Assembly (NCBI GenBank): GCA_035287045.1
Contig: DATECF010000256.1
Span: 43,125 to 107,124 of the forward strand
Source of the DNA: Gemmatimonadales bacterium
GTDB lineage: Bacteria > Gemmatimonadota > Gemmatimonadetes > Gemmatimonadales > GWC2-71-9
DNA: 64,000 nucleotides
Direction of reading: 5' to 3'
Position numbers and translations under genes: made by a program. Under the pieces are notes generated by a model that did no database searches, was not told the DNA's origin, and saw only the letters and a program-made list of their open reading frames with translations. This document shows, in pieces, positions 55,409 to 64,000 of this stretch. Position 1 is the stretch's first letter. The number at the start of each line of letters is the position of its first letter.

Positions 55409-56587
55409 ATGCGCCTGACCTTCCGCCACCGCCTGTTCCTGGGGCTCATCGCCCTGGGGACGGTGCCGCTCGCGGCGGCCCTCGTGGCCCTGGCGCTGTA
55501 CGTGCGCTCCACCGCCACGCTGGCCGGCCCTCGGGCGGCGGTGGACAGTATCGCCGTGAGCGGGCGCGCCGTCATCGAGGCGCTGGACGCCACCGCCCTC
55601 GACGACTCGGCCCGCGCGTTGGTGCGCCGGCACGAAGGGCAGATGGCGGTCGCCGCCAGGCTCACCCGCCGGGCGGAAACCCTGTCCCGTGTCGCGGCGC
55701 CCGCGCTGGCGGCGGTGGCGCTGTTCGCGGCCGCCGTGCTGGTGGGCCTGTCCGTGATCTTCGTCCGGAGCTGGGCCGCGCAGGTCTCGGCGCCAGTGGA
55801 GGAACTGGTGGACTGGACTCGCCGCATCCAGCGCGGCGAGTCCCTGCCGCCAGAGAGGAGCCGGCGCGTCGCCCCGGAGCTCGTGACGCTGCGGGACGCC
55901 CTCCGGGAGCTGGCCGCCGCCCTGGAGGGGGCGCGCCGGCAGGAGATCGAACGGGAGCGCCTCCAGGCGTTCCGGGAAACCGCCAGGCGCGTGGCGCACG
56001 AAATGCGCGGCCCGCTCACGGCCGCCCAGCTGGCCCTCGGCCGCCTGGTCGAGAATGCCGACCCAAACTCGCAGGCGGCTCACCGCGTACTGGCGGAGGA
56101 GACCGAGCGCCTGAAACGCATGGCCGACGAATTCTCCGCGTTCGGCCGCCTCCCGGAAGGTCCGGAGAGCGACATTGACATGACCGAGCTGTTCGAGAGC
56201 GTGCTGACCGCCACCGTGCCGGCCGAGTGCCCCGTGGGCCGCAGCCTCGAGCCGGGCCTGGTGATTCGCGGGCGCTACGAAGCCCTGCGCCGCGCGGTCC
56301 AGAACGTGGTGCGGAACGCGGTGCAGGCGACGGACGGCCGCGGCATCGCCGTGAGCGCTTCGCGGGACGGCGCCCGCGTGATCTGCGTGGTGCGCGACCA
56401 TGGAGCCGGCATTCCGGTGGAGCTGCGCCGCCGGCTGTTCCAGCCGTACGCCACCACCAAACCTCAAGGCACCGGACTCGGGCTCGCGATCGCCCATCAG
56501 GCGGTGGCCGCCCACGGCGGCACGCTCACCACGGAAGACACGGCGGGGGGCGGCGCCACGTTCGTGTTTTCTTTCCCCGCGGCGTGA
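55409..56587 (+). CDS. sensor histidine kinase (two TM, HAMP-like linker, HisKA, HATPase)
   Basis: H-box [12 protein letters not shown]-box VVRNAVQA, G-boxes RDHGAGIP and GTGLGLAIA. Confidence 0.9.
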   Translation: MRLTFRHRLFLGLIALGTVPLAAALVALALYVRSTATLAGPRAAVDSIAVSGRAVIEALDATALDDSARALVRRHEGQMAVAARLTRRAETLSRVAAPALAAVALFAAAVLVGLSVIFVRSWAAQVSAPVEELVDWTRRIQRGESLPPERSRRVAPELVTLRDALRELAAALEGARRQEIERERLQAFRETARRVAHEMRGPLTAAQLALGRLVENADPNSQAAHRVLAEETERLKRMADEFSAFGRLPEGPESDIDMTELFESVLTATVPAECPVGRSLEPGLVIRGRYEALRRAVQNVVRNAVQATDGRGIAVSASRDGARVICVVRDHGAGIPVELRRRLFQPYATTKPQGTGLGLAIAHQAVAAHGGTLTTEDTAGGGATFVFSFPAA

Positions 56588-57963
56588 GCCCCCGCATCCT
56601 CGTCGTGGACGACGAGGCCAACCTCCGGCGGATGCTCCAGGCGCTGCTGGAAGACGCCGGCCACGAAGTGCGCGCCGCGGCCAGCGGCGCCGAAGCGCTC
56701 GCCGCGGTGCCCGCCTTCAGCCCGGAGGCGGTGCTCCTCGACCTGGTGCTCGGCGACGGGCCCGACGGCCTCGCCGTGTTGGAGCAGCTCAAGGCGGGCG
56801 ATCCCGACCTGGTGGTCATCATGATGAGCGGCAAGGCCACTCTGGCCGACGCGGTGCGCGCCACCCGGCTCGGCGCCTTCCAGTTCCTGGAGAAGCCGCT
56901 CTCACCCGAGAGCGTGCTCACCACCACGCGCGCCGGCCTGGACCTGGCGGCGGCACGAGCCGACGCCAGGGCGCTTCGCGCCGCCCTGACGCACGACGAC
57001 GAGATGGTGGGCGACAGCCCCGCCATGGCCGCGGTGCGGCGACTCATCCGCCAGGTAGCTCCCACCACAAGCCGGGTACTGATCACCGGGGAGTCGGGCA
57101 CGGGGAAGGAGCTGGTGGCGCGCGGCGTCCACGCGCAGAGCCCGCGCGCGCTCAAGCCGCTGGTGAGCCTCAATTGCGCCGCCGTCCCCCGTGAGCTGTT
57201 GGAAAGCGAGCTGTTCGGCCACGAAAAGGGAGCCTTTACCGGCGCGGTCCAACGGCGCGTCGGGAAGTTCGAGCTGGCACACGGAGGGACGCTGTTTCTC
57301 GATGAAGTGGCTGAGCTGGAGCCCGCCGCGCAGGCGAAGCTGCTGCGGGTGCTGGAGACCGGGGCGGTGGACCGGGTGGGCGGCACCGCCGCGCGGATGG
57401 TGGACGTGCGGGTGGTCGCGGCAACCAACAAGAACCTCGAGCGGGAGGTTCAGGCCGGCCGGTTCCGTGCCGATCTGTTCTTCCGGCTGAACGTGTTCCC
57501 CGTCAACGTGCCGCCCCTGCGTGAACGGCTCGAGGACCTACCTATGCTGGTCGAGCATCTCGGGCGCCGAGCGGCGGCCCGCTGCAACCGGCCATCGCGC
57601 CGCGTGGGTGACGCGGCGCTCGACCGGCTGCGGGCGCACACCTGGCCCGGCAACATACGGGAGTTGGCCAATCTGATTGAACGGCTCACCATCCTGGGTG
57701 AAGGCCCGGTGAGCGTCGCCGAGGTCGAGCCGATGCTCGCGGCCCCGCTGAGCGCGCCTACCACACCGCGCGCCGGTTCCGCGACGCCGTCACTGAGCGA
57801 CGCGCTGGAGCACTACGAGCGGCGGCTGATCCGCGAGGCGCTGGATGCCGCCGGCGGGAATCTCGCAGAGGTCGCACGACGCCTGAGCACCGACCGCGCC
57901 AACCTCAACCGCCGTATGCGTCGCCTGGGCATGAGTCGAAACGACCCGAACGAGTCCGAGTGA
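56584..57963 (+). CDS. sigma-54-dependent response regulator (NtrC/NtrX-like enhancer-binding protein)
   Basis: GTG 56584 overlaps the kinase TGA (GTGA). The protein has a REC domain (ILVVDDE...DLVL), an AAA+ domain ([20 protein letters not shown]) and a C-terminal Fis-type HTH. Confidence 0.9.
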   Translation: MSPRILVVDDEANLRRMLQALLEDAGHEVRAAASGAEALAAVPAFSPEAVLLDLVLGDGPDGLAVLEQLKAGDPDLVVIMMSGKATLADAVRATRLGAFQFLEKPLSPESVLTTTRAGLDLAAARADARALRAALTHDDEMVGDSPAMAAVRRLIRQVAPTTSRVLITGESGTGKELVARGVHAQSPRALKPLVSLNCAAVPRELLESELFGHEKGAFTGAVQRRVGKFELAHGGTLFLDEVAELEPAAQAKLLRVLETGAVDRVGGTAARMVDVRVVAATNKNLEREVQAGRFRADLFFRLNVFPVNVPPLRERLEDLPMLVEHLGRRAAARCNRPSRRVGDAALDRLRAHTWPGNIRELANLIERLTILGEGPVSVAEVEPMLAAPLSAPTTPRAGSATPSLSDALEHYERRLIREALDAAGGNLAEVARRLSTDRANLNRRMRRLGMSRNDPNESE

Positions 57964-58032
57964 CACGGAACGCGGCGTTGTCCGTTTTCGGTGGTCCGTT
58001 GTCCAGGAAGCACTTACGAGCCGACACGCCGC

Positions 58033-58049
58033 CGGTACGCTCCGTGCAT
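58033..58049 (+). promoter_or_regulatory. candidate sigma-54 promoter (CGGTACG-N4-GTGCAT)
   Basis: GG at 58034-35 and GC at 58046-47 have exact GG-N10-GC spacing. 5 of 7 and 5 of 6 positions match TGGCACG/TTGCAT. It lies 23 nt upstream of ATG 58072 and just downstream of the activator gene. Confidence 0.45.
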
Positions 58050-58071
58050 ATGCACCATGCCGGAGGTAGCG

Positions 58072-58281
58072 ATGGCCAAGATCTTCGTGTTTTTCTGGTG
58101 CGTAGCCGGACTGCTGACGCTGGATGTGGTGCTGCGAACATCGGCGTCGCGTCCGCCCCGCCCGCCCCGGTCCGCGGTGACCGCCGACTCCCTGCCCGTG
58201 CTCACCCAGATCCGCACCCGCTGCGAGCTGCCGGCCGGAACGGTCGTGTTCGTGGTGCGCGACCGGGAGCCCTCGCCATGA
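58072..58281 (+). CDS. small membrane protein (69 aa)
   Basis: GGAGG lies 5 nt upstream of ATG 58072. One TM helix (IFVFFWCVAGLLTLDVVL). Its stop overlaps the next ATG (ATGA at 58278-81). Confidence 0.5.
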   Translation: MAKIFVFFWCVAGLLTLDVVLRTSASRPPRPPRSAVTADSLPVLTQIRTRCELPAGTVVFVVRDREPSP

Positions 58282-59954
58282 CGAGCCGATGGGCCCTGCT
58301 GGCAGCGGTCCTCGGGGCTCCATTCCCGCTGGCGGCGCAGGACACGGTGCTCGTAGCGCGCGGCGTGCCGGCCGGCGAACGCGCCCTCCGGATGTTCAAC
58401 GGTGAGAACACCACCCGCCACTATGGAGAGCAGACCATCAGCCGCGGGACGACCATCCGCACCGACCTCGGCGTTCTGGATGGCCCCCTCAACCTGTACG
58501 GCACGGTCGAGGGCGACCTGGTCGCGATCAACGCCGATGTCTCGATCTACGCGGGCGCCGAGGTCCTGGGCGATGTCCTCGTGGTGGGCGGCACGCTCTT
58601 CGTCAGCGAGGACGCCGACGTCGGCGGCTCGGTGGAACGGCATTCTGATCGTATCGGCGTCCGCGTGGTGGACGGCCGGCTGGAGGTCACCGGAGCACGC
58701 CCTCGACCGGTCGTGGTGAGCGGGGATCGCCGGCTGCGGCGATCCTACAACCGGGGACGCGCTTCGCTGGCGGTGACCACCGGACGCACCTACAACCGGG
58801 TCGAGGGGCTGGCGGTGATGGCGGGCCCGAGGATCACCTGGTCCGATCGCGCCACGGCGGTCCGCCTCGAGGCGCTCGGCATCTGGCGCACCGCCACGGG
58901 CTTCGATCCGGACATTGACAATCGTGAGCTGGGCTACGACGCGCTGGTTTCCCTGCGGCTGGGACCGGAACGGCAGATCGAGATCGGCGGCCGGGCGTTC
59001 GACGTCGTGACGCCAATAGAGGATTGGCAGCTCCGGAGTGACGAAGCCGGGCTGGCGACGCTGCTGTGGCACCGCGACTACCGGGATTACTACCTGGATC
59101 GCGGCGTGGCCGGCTTCGCGCGCCTGAAGCCATCGCCGGAGGTCACGCTGTTCGGGGAGTTGGCGCGTGCCGAGGCCACGTCGGTCGCCGCCCGCGACCC
59201 GTGGACCCCGTTCCGCGACGCCGAGCCCTGGCGGCTCAACCCCCTGGTGGACGAGGGCACGTTCACGCGCTTCACCGCCGGCTTCGATGTGGACACCCGA
59301 TACCAGGACCGGTGGTCCACCGGCATCCGGCTGCACGCCGAATGGGAGCGCGGCCGGAGTGAGGCAGTGGCGGAGCGGGTCTTGCCGCTGGCCGTGCGGC
59401 CCCCCTTACCCCTTACCCCTTACCAGTACGACCGCGTCTTTGGCGATCTGCGCCTGTACCAGCCTGTGGGTTGGGGCGAGCTGCGGCTCCGGGCGGCCGG
59501 CGGCACCGTGCTGGGCGACGCGCCGCTCCCGATCCAACGCCGCTTCTCGCTCGGGGGCCCCGAGCCGATGCCGGGGTACGGGTTCCGGCGTTTCGCCTGC
59601 AACGACTTCGTCGCCGACCCCGCCCTACCGGCGTTGTGCGATCGCATGGTGGTGTTCCAGGCGGAATACCGCGGCGGATTGGATATCAATCCGTTCGATG
59701 CCTGGGACCGCGACGCCTGGCACGGGCGTCGCGACCGGGACTGGGGCGACTGGGAGGATTTCTGGTGGGAGGGCCCGCAGGTCGTGCTGTTCGCCGACGC
59801 GGGGACCGGGTGGCTCAAGGGGTCCGACCCGGGGCGGCTCCACTGGGACATCGGCGCCGGGCTGGAGGTGGGGAGCGTCGGCCTGTACGCGGCGCGCGCC
59901 ATCGAGCGGAATCAGCCGATCCGCTGGACCCTGCGCATCCACCGCCGGTTCTAG
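58278..59954 (+). CDS. outer-membrane beta-barrel protein (Omp85/surface-antigen-like) with N-terminal bactofilin-like repeat domain
   Basis: Signal peptide MTSRWALLAAVLGAPFPLAAQ, then a bactofilin-like repeat (GTVEGDLVAINADVSIYAGAEVLGDVLVVGGTLFVSEDADVGGSV). The C-terminal barrel has FSLGG..PGYGF and a terminal Phe. Confidence 0.75.
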   Translation: MTSRWALLAAVLGAPFPLAAQDTVLVARGVPAGERALRMFNGENTTRHYGEQTISRGTTIRTDLGVLDGPLNLYGTVEGDLVAINADVSIYAGAEVLGDVLVVGGTLFVSEDADVGGSVERHSDRIGVRVVDGRLEVTGARPRPVVVSGDRRLRRSYNRGRASLAVTTGRTYNRVEGLAVMAGPRITWSDRATAVRLEALGIWRTATGFDPDIDNRELGYDALVSLRLGPERQIEIGGRAFDVVTPIEDWQLRSDEAGLATLLWHRDYRDYYLDRGVAGFARLKPSPEVTLFGELARAEATSVAARDPWTPFRDAEPWRLNPLVDEGTFTRFTAGFDVDTRYQDRWSTGIRLHAEWERGRSEAVAERVLPLAVRPPLPLTPYQYDRVFGDLRLYQPVGWGELRLRAAGGTVLGDAPLPIQRRFSLGGPEPMPGYGFRRFACNDFVADPALPALCDRMVVFQAEYRGGLDINPFDAWDRDAWHGRRDRDWGDWEDFWWEGPQVVLFADAGTGWLKGSDPGRLHWDIGAGLEVGSVGLYAARAIERNQPIRWTLRIHRRF

Positions 59955-59957
59955 AGA

Positions 59958-60551
59958 GTGCGCCTGGGACTGGCGGTGTCGCTCGGAGCACTGTTCGCTG
60001 GAGCCTTGAGCGGGCAGGAGCGGCCCTCGCTCCGCGTGGATCTCGGCGGGCCGGATTCCCCGGAGGCGCTGGTGAGCGTGCGCGACCTGCTCGGCGAGCC
60101 GCGATTTCTTCAGGCGCTGGAGTCCGGCTTCCCGCTGTACATGGAGTACAGACTGGCGCTCAGGCGTACGCGCTCGTTGCGCGACCGGACCGTGGGGGAA
60201 CCTGTGGTCTGGGAGTACGTGGTGTTGTTCGACCCGGTGCGCGAGCGGTTTACGGTGGAGACGCCCGACGGCACCGAGCGCCTGCCCGATCGCGAGGCGC
60301 TGCGGGCGCGGCTGGCGCGGGTGTACCGTGTCCCGCTGGAGCCCGAGCGCGCCGGCGAGTACTACTGCGCGGGTGAAGTCACCGCGCGAACCCTGTCGGA
60401 CGACGACGTGGACGAGACCTTCGCGTGGCTCAAGGGACAGAGCGGCGGGCCGGGATTGTTGGACCGGATCGCGCGGCGGGTGCTGGTGGAGGTGGCGCCC
60501 CTCCCGCGCATCAAGCTCAGCGGGAGGAGCGCCACGTTCCGTTGGCGGTGA
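59958..60551 (+). CDS. DUF4390-like periplasmic protein
   Basis: GTG start 4 nt after the previous stop, and a signal peptide. ALESGFPLYMEYRLALRR and YVVLFDPVRERFTVE..LPDREALRARL resemble the DUF4390 pattern as I remember it. Confidence 0.6.
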   Translation: MRLGLAVSLGALFAGALSGQERPSLRVDLGGPDSPEALVSVRDLLGEPRFLQALESGFPLYMEYRLALRRTRSLRDRTVGEPVVWEYVVLFDPVRERFTVETPDGTERLPDREALRARLARVYRVPLEPERAGEYYCAGEVTARTLSDDDVDETFAWLKGQSGGPGLLDRIARRVLVEVAPLPRIKLSGRSATFRWR

Positions 60552-60558
60552 CGGCTAC

Positions 60559-62097
60559 CTACGGCCGCTGCAGCCAGAAGGTGTACGACCCGCTGCCCGA
60601 GTACGAAGTGATCCGCCAGTAGTAGTAGCCGAACGACCCGTTGTAGCTGATCTCCTCGGTCGAGCTGGCGCTGGTGGAGGACGCCACGGGGAGCCAGCCC
60701 CACCACCCGTACCACCGATACAGGTACAAGTCGAAGTCCGTGCCCGACGGACCCTGCAGCCACCCGCGATGCGTGCCGATGCCGCTGTAGTAGTACGTGC
60801 CGTTGGGCTGGTTGTCGTAATCGCCGGTGCCGGACAGCGAGCCGGTGAACTGCTCGCAGTCGGTGCATGGCGCCGGTGGGGGCGGGGGCGGCGGAGGCTC
60901 GCCGTTCCCGTCCAGCAGCGAGTAGAGCAACCGGTTGGGCGAGCCGCTGCCGATCGCGGTCAACTGGTTGGCGGTCGCCCCGCTCACCAGGGCCTGCGCC
61001 ACCGCGGCGGGCGTGGCCGTCGAATGGGTCTCCAGGTAGAGCGCCGCGACGCCGGCCACATGGGGGGCGGCCATGGACGTGCCGCTGATGGTGTTGGTGG
61101 CCCCGTCGCTGGTTGACCAGGCCGATGTGATGCTCGCGCCCGGCGCGAACAGATCCAGACAGCTGCCGTAGTTGGAGAACGACGCTCGCGCGTCGCTCTG
61201 GGTGGACGCCCCCGTGGTCAGCGCCGCGGCCACGCGCGCCGGCGAGTAGTTGCAGGCGTTGGCGTTACTGTTGCCCGCCGCGATCGCGTAGGTGACGCCC
61301 GCGTTGATCGAGTTGTTGACCGCGTTGTCGAGCGCGGACGACGCGCCGCCGCCCAGGCTCATGTTGGCGACCGCGGGATCCTGGTGGTTGCCGGTGACCC
61401 AATCCACCCCGGCGATCACGCCCGACGTGGTGCCGGACCCGCTGCAGTTCAGCACCCGCACGGCGTACAGCGTGGCGTCCTTGGCGACACCGTAGGTGGC
61501 TCCGCCGATGGTCCCCGCGACGTGGGTGCCGTGGCCGTGGCAGTCCTGGCCGTCGCCGCCGAGGGCGTCGTAGCCCACCCCCGCGCGCCCGCCGAACTCG
61601 CCGTGCGTGGTACGGATCCCCGTGTCGATCACGTAGACCCGCACCCCCTCGCCGCTCGCGTGGTAGAGATAGGTGTTGTCGAGGGGAAGCGTGGCTTCGT
61701 CAATGCGGTCCAGGCCCCATGTTGGATTGGCCTGGCTGCCGCCGCCGACGATGCTCATCACCTGATCCGTTTCGACATAGGCGACGATGGGCAGCCGGCG
61801 CAACGCCTCGACGGCGGCCGGCGAGAGCGTGGCCGCGAAGCCGCGCAGCGCCCAGCGATAGGTGTGCACCAGCTCGCCACCGTAGAGGCGGATCAGACGG
61901 TCCGCTTCGGCGGCCGGGTCGCCGGCCCGCGCGTTGAACACCACGATGTAGCGATCGGGCACGGCTTGCGCGGCCGAGAACATCGGGGCCGGAAGGTCCC
62001 GGGTTTCCTGGGCCGGTGTGGTGGGACTGTCAGAGCACGCGGTGGCGAGCCCGGCGAGGGACGCGACCACCATTCCAGCATGCAGCCTTGGCCTCAT
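60559..62097 (-). CDS. S8 family serine peptidase (proteinase K/subtilisin-like) with I9 propeptide and C-terminal PPC-like domain
   Basis: ATG 62097 is preceded by GGAGG. Catalytic triad motifs: [27 protein letters not shown] poly-Pro linker ([10 protein letters not shown]) precedes the C-terminal domain. Confidence 0.9.
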   Translation of the reverse strand: MRPRLHAGMVVASLAGLATACSDSPTTPAQETRDLPAPMFSAAQAVPDRYIVVFNARAGDPAAEADRLIRLYGGELVHTYRWALRGFAATLSPAAVEALRRLPIVAYVETDQVMSIVGGGSQANPTWGLDRIDEATLPLDNTYLYHASGEGVRVYVIDTGIRTTHGEFGGRAGVGYDALGGDGQDCHGHGTHVAGTIGGATYGVAKDATLYAVRVLNCSGSGTTSGVIAGVDWVTGNHQDPAVANMSLGGGASSALDNAVNNSINAGVTYAIAAGNSNANACNYSPARVAAALTTGASTQSDARASFSNYGSCLDLFAPGASITSAWSTSDGATNTISGTSMAAPHVAGVAALYLETHSTATPAAVAQALVSGATANQLTAIGSGSPNRLLYSLLDGNGEPPPPPPPPAPCTDCEQFTGSLSGTGDYDNQPNGTYYYSGIGTHRGWLQGPSGTDFDLYLYRWYGWWGWLPVASSTSASSTEEISYNGSFGYYYWRITSYSGSGSYTFWLQRP

Positions 62098-62242
62098 GAA
62101 TACCTCCGTGAGAGGGGAAACGGAGCCCTCCAAGGCGCGGGCGCACGGCCCCGGCCGGGTCAGTCCAATTGGGTCTTCGACGGCCCGACCGTCAACCGGG
62201 GAATCCCGCGGTGGCGTCCTGGTCTGGCGATCGCGCGCTCGT

Positions 62243-62258
62243 TGGCACTGGAATTGCA
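62243..62258 (+). promoter_or_regulatory. perfect sigma-54 -24/-12 consensus TGGCAC-N5-TTGCA
   Basis: TGGCACTGGAATTGCA at 62243-62258, intergenic. It is oriented toward, and antisense to, the plsC-like gene. Confidence 0.4.
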
Positions 62259-62279
62259 AAACGGCGGCGGGAAGGACTC

Positions 62280-63599
62280 TTAGACCAGGGACCGCTCTTC
62301 GTAGAGAAGCTTGAATCGCTCGGCCAGCTCCCGCTGCCGGTCACGCAGCGTAGCGACCAGATCCTGGCGGGAGCGCAGCAGAAAGAACCGTCGCGCATCG
62401 ATCCAGGCGCCGCGCCAGCGTTCCCGGATCACCAGGCCCGCCATGCCAACCACCGGCACGACGAGCAGGACGGCGAGGACGGCAGACGGCCCCTGGCTGA
62501 ACCCGGCGACCACCGCCAGCAGCAGCAGCCAGGCCCCGTACACGGCACCACCTAACAGCAGCTTCCAGGTGGAGCGCTCGTCCACATCCAGCCGGAGGCG
62601 ATCCACCAGCTTCCCGGTGAGCCAGTAGGGGGCGAGGAACAGCAGCAGGCCGGCAAGCGCCAGCAGCAGGGCCATGGGCATCACCAGCACGTAGCGTCGC
62701 ACCGCCCACCCCACGCTGGTGGCGAGGTCCGCCCGCGCGCCCAGCCACCGGGGTGAGAGCCGCAGCCGCGCCAGCCGCCGCCGGTGCGCCCGCACGGCCC
62801 GCACCAGCTCGTCCCACCGGGGATCCGGCGCACGCCGCAGATCGGCGAGAATGCGGGTGGTGACGTCCAGCCGCTGCACGCGCTCGGCGCGATCGGGGCC
62901 CGACCCCCACTCCGCTTCCCACACGGCCACGGCGGTCTCCACCAGCGGCCGGTCCTCCCAACGCTCCAGGTTCAGCGTCACCTGCCGCAGCCCCACGCCG
63001 ATGCGCTCGGTGAGGTCCCGCACGGCGTCAGGGTCCTCCGTGCCACGATCGGCGAGGTCATCCCAGGGTACCGCCGAGCCGACCACAATGAGGGCGTCGG
63101 ACCGGAAGATGTCCTTTTGCCGGAACACCAACCCCATCGGGACGATGGGCACGCGCGTGCCGTGCGCCGCGTGGGTTCCGAGCACGATGCGCGCCGCTCC
63201 GGTCTTGAGCGTCACCATGGACGGCTCGCTGTGACTTTGGCCCTCAGGGAAAATCCCGACGGCCGCGCCGCGGGCCAGCGTGGCGTACACCGCCCGGAAC
63301 GTGTCCGTGTTGCGATCCATGAGGGCGGGGTCATCCACCCGGCGATACACCGGAATCGCGCCCACCGCCCGCATCATCCAGCCGGTCTTGAAATCGCTGA
63401 ATAGGGGCGCCTTGGCCAGGAACCGCACCGGGCGTCTCGCCGCGGCGCACACCAGGATGGGATCGATCAGCGAGTTGGGATGATTGGCGACCAGCAGCAC
63501 CGGCCCGTCGCCGGGGACGCGGTCACCGGCGACGGTGAGCCGGTAATAGACCCGGGCGGCGGCGTTCGCGAGCAGGGAAAAGGCGGGCGCGAGCCACAT
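62280..63599 (-). CDS. lysophospholipid/glycerol-phosphate acyltransferase (PlsC family) with C-terminal multi-TM extension
   Basis: ATG 63599 shares one nt with the upstream TGA. It has the acyltransferase motif LLVANHPNSLIDP and FPEG, followed by about 190 aa containing about four TM helices. Confidence 0.8.
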   Translation of the reverse strand: MWLAPAFSLLANAAARVYYRLTVAGDRVPGDGPVLLVANHPNSLIDPILVCAAARRPVRFLAKAPLFSDFKTGWMMRAVGAIPVYRRVDDPALMDRNTDTFRAVYATLARGAAVGIFPEGQSHSEPSMVTLKTGAARIVLGTHAAHGTRVPIVPMGLVFRQKDIFRSDALIVVGSAVPWDDLADRGTEDPDAVRDLTERIGVGLRQVTLNLERWEDRPLVETAVAVWEAEWGSGPDRAERVQRLDVTTRILADLRRAPDPRWDELVRAVRAHRRRLARLRLSPRWLGARADLATSVGWAVRRYVLVMPMALLLALAGLLLFLAPYWLTGKLVDRLRLDVDERSTWKLLLGGAVYGAWLLLLAVVAGFSQGPSAVLAVLLVVPVVGMAGLVIRERWRGAWIDARRFFLLRSRQDLVATLRDRQRELAERFKLLYEERSLV

Positions 63600-64000
63600 C
63601 AGCGCGCGCTTACCTCCCGCCCCCATGCTTGAAACGCCACGCGGAAATACGTCGGCGAGAACATCATCCATTCCTTGAAGTCGGCCGGCAGCTCGTAGGC
63701 ATCGGCCGCCTGATCCAGGGGCGTGCCTGCGGCGATCGCTGCTTTGGCCTTCTCGCCCACATCGTCCAGCAGCGTGAGGTAGCGCTCGATGTCGCCCCGG
63801 CGCGCCAGCTCGCCGTGCCCCGGCACGTACACCGCGTCGCCGGCGGTCAGGAGCTCGCGCACGCTGGCGGCCTTCTTGGCGGGCGTGGCGTCGCGGTAGT
63901 TGGGGAACATCCGGTTCCACACCAGATCACCGCAGAACACCACATGCGGATCGCTCACCTCGACCGTCACGTCACTGGCGGTGTGGCCCGATCGCGGCGT
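63599..64000 (-). CDS. MBL-fold metallo-hydrolase (3' part; the gene continues beyond the window)
   Basis: The reading frame is open to the window edge (..SGHTASDVTVEV..FCGDL..VPGHG), which is typical of MBL motifs. Confidence 0.7.
   Translation of the reverse strand, partial: TPRSGHTASDVTVEVSDPHVVFCGDLVWNRMFPNYRDATPAKKAASVRELLTAGDAVYVPGHGELARRGDIERYLTLLDDVGEKAKAAIAAGTPLDQAADAYELPADFKEWMMFSPTYFRVAFQAWGREVSAR

Noticed and set aside
56227-57963. 578-aa ORF model for the response regulator, and the 57960..59954 664-aa model for the barrel protein
   Set aside because: The N-terminal extensions overlap the preceding genes or intergenic DNA and lack homology. The REC domain begins at GTG 56584, and the signal peptide begins at ATG 58278.
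57964-58032. A sigma-54 -24/-12 element in the first part of the ntrC-like/small-ORF spacer (GG dinucleotides at 57968, 57974, 57989, 57992, 58005)
   Set aside because: None of these GG pairs has GC at the required +12 offset. Only the 58034/58046 pair fits, and that is reported as a feature.
1-64000. tRNA, rRNA, riboswitch, integrase, transposase or a prophage/defence island
   Set aside because: Intergenic gaps are mostly under 150 nt. None contains cloverleaf-like or rRNA-like sequence that I could recognise. No recombinase, Cas, restriction or abortive-infection-type proteins were seen apart from the single vapBC pair.

Overview
This is a compact, high-GC (about two-thirds G+C by eye) bacterial chromosomal segment. 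Gene content fits a soil or sediment Gram-negative such as Gemmatimonadota or Acidobacteriota, but that is a low-confidence guess: many secreted peptidases and amidases, DUF1800/DUF1501, BNR/sortilin, sigma-54 regulation. I support about 58 protein-coding genes, one decayed gene, and several short repeat, hairpin or promoter-like elements. I found no rRNA, tRNA, CRISPR array, transposase, integrase or prophage gene. Many adjacent genes overlap by 1, 4 or 8 nt (ATGA, GTGA, TAATG, TGATG and two CTGA junctions). Because of the GC content, almost every real gene is shadowed by long spurious ORFs in other frames, so calls rest on recognisable protein motifs, start context and overlap logic. Most noteworthy: (1) a translationally coupled cluster at 6.2-10.0 kb encoding two Ddl-like ATP-grasp ligases, a GNAT and a lysine 2,3-aminomutase, which predicts an uncharacterised beta-lysine conjugate pathway; (2) at 55.4-60.6 kb, a histidine kinase and a GAFTGA sigma-54 activator, followed by a candidate sigma-54 promoter driving a small TM protein, a bactofilin-repeat/Omp85-like barrel and a DUF4390-like protein; (3) a perfect sigma-54 consensus at 62243 that points antisense into a plsC-like gene; (4) 10-bp and 7-bp periodic G/C-tract repeat arrays that contain gene start codons (thyA, a squalene synthase-like gene, DUF1501); (5) an F420-reductase-like gene carrying both an amber codon and a frameshift. 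All family assignments come from motif recognition by eye. No database search was run.
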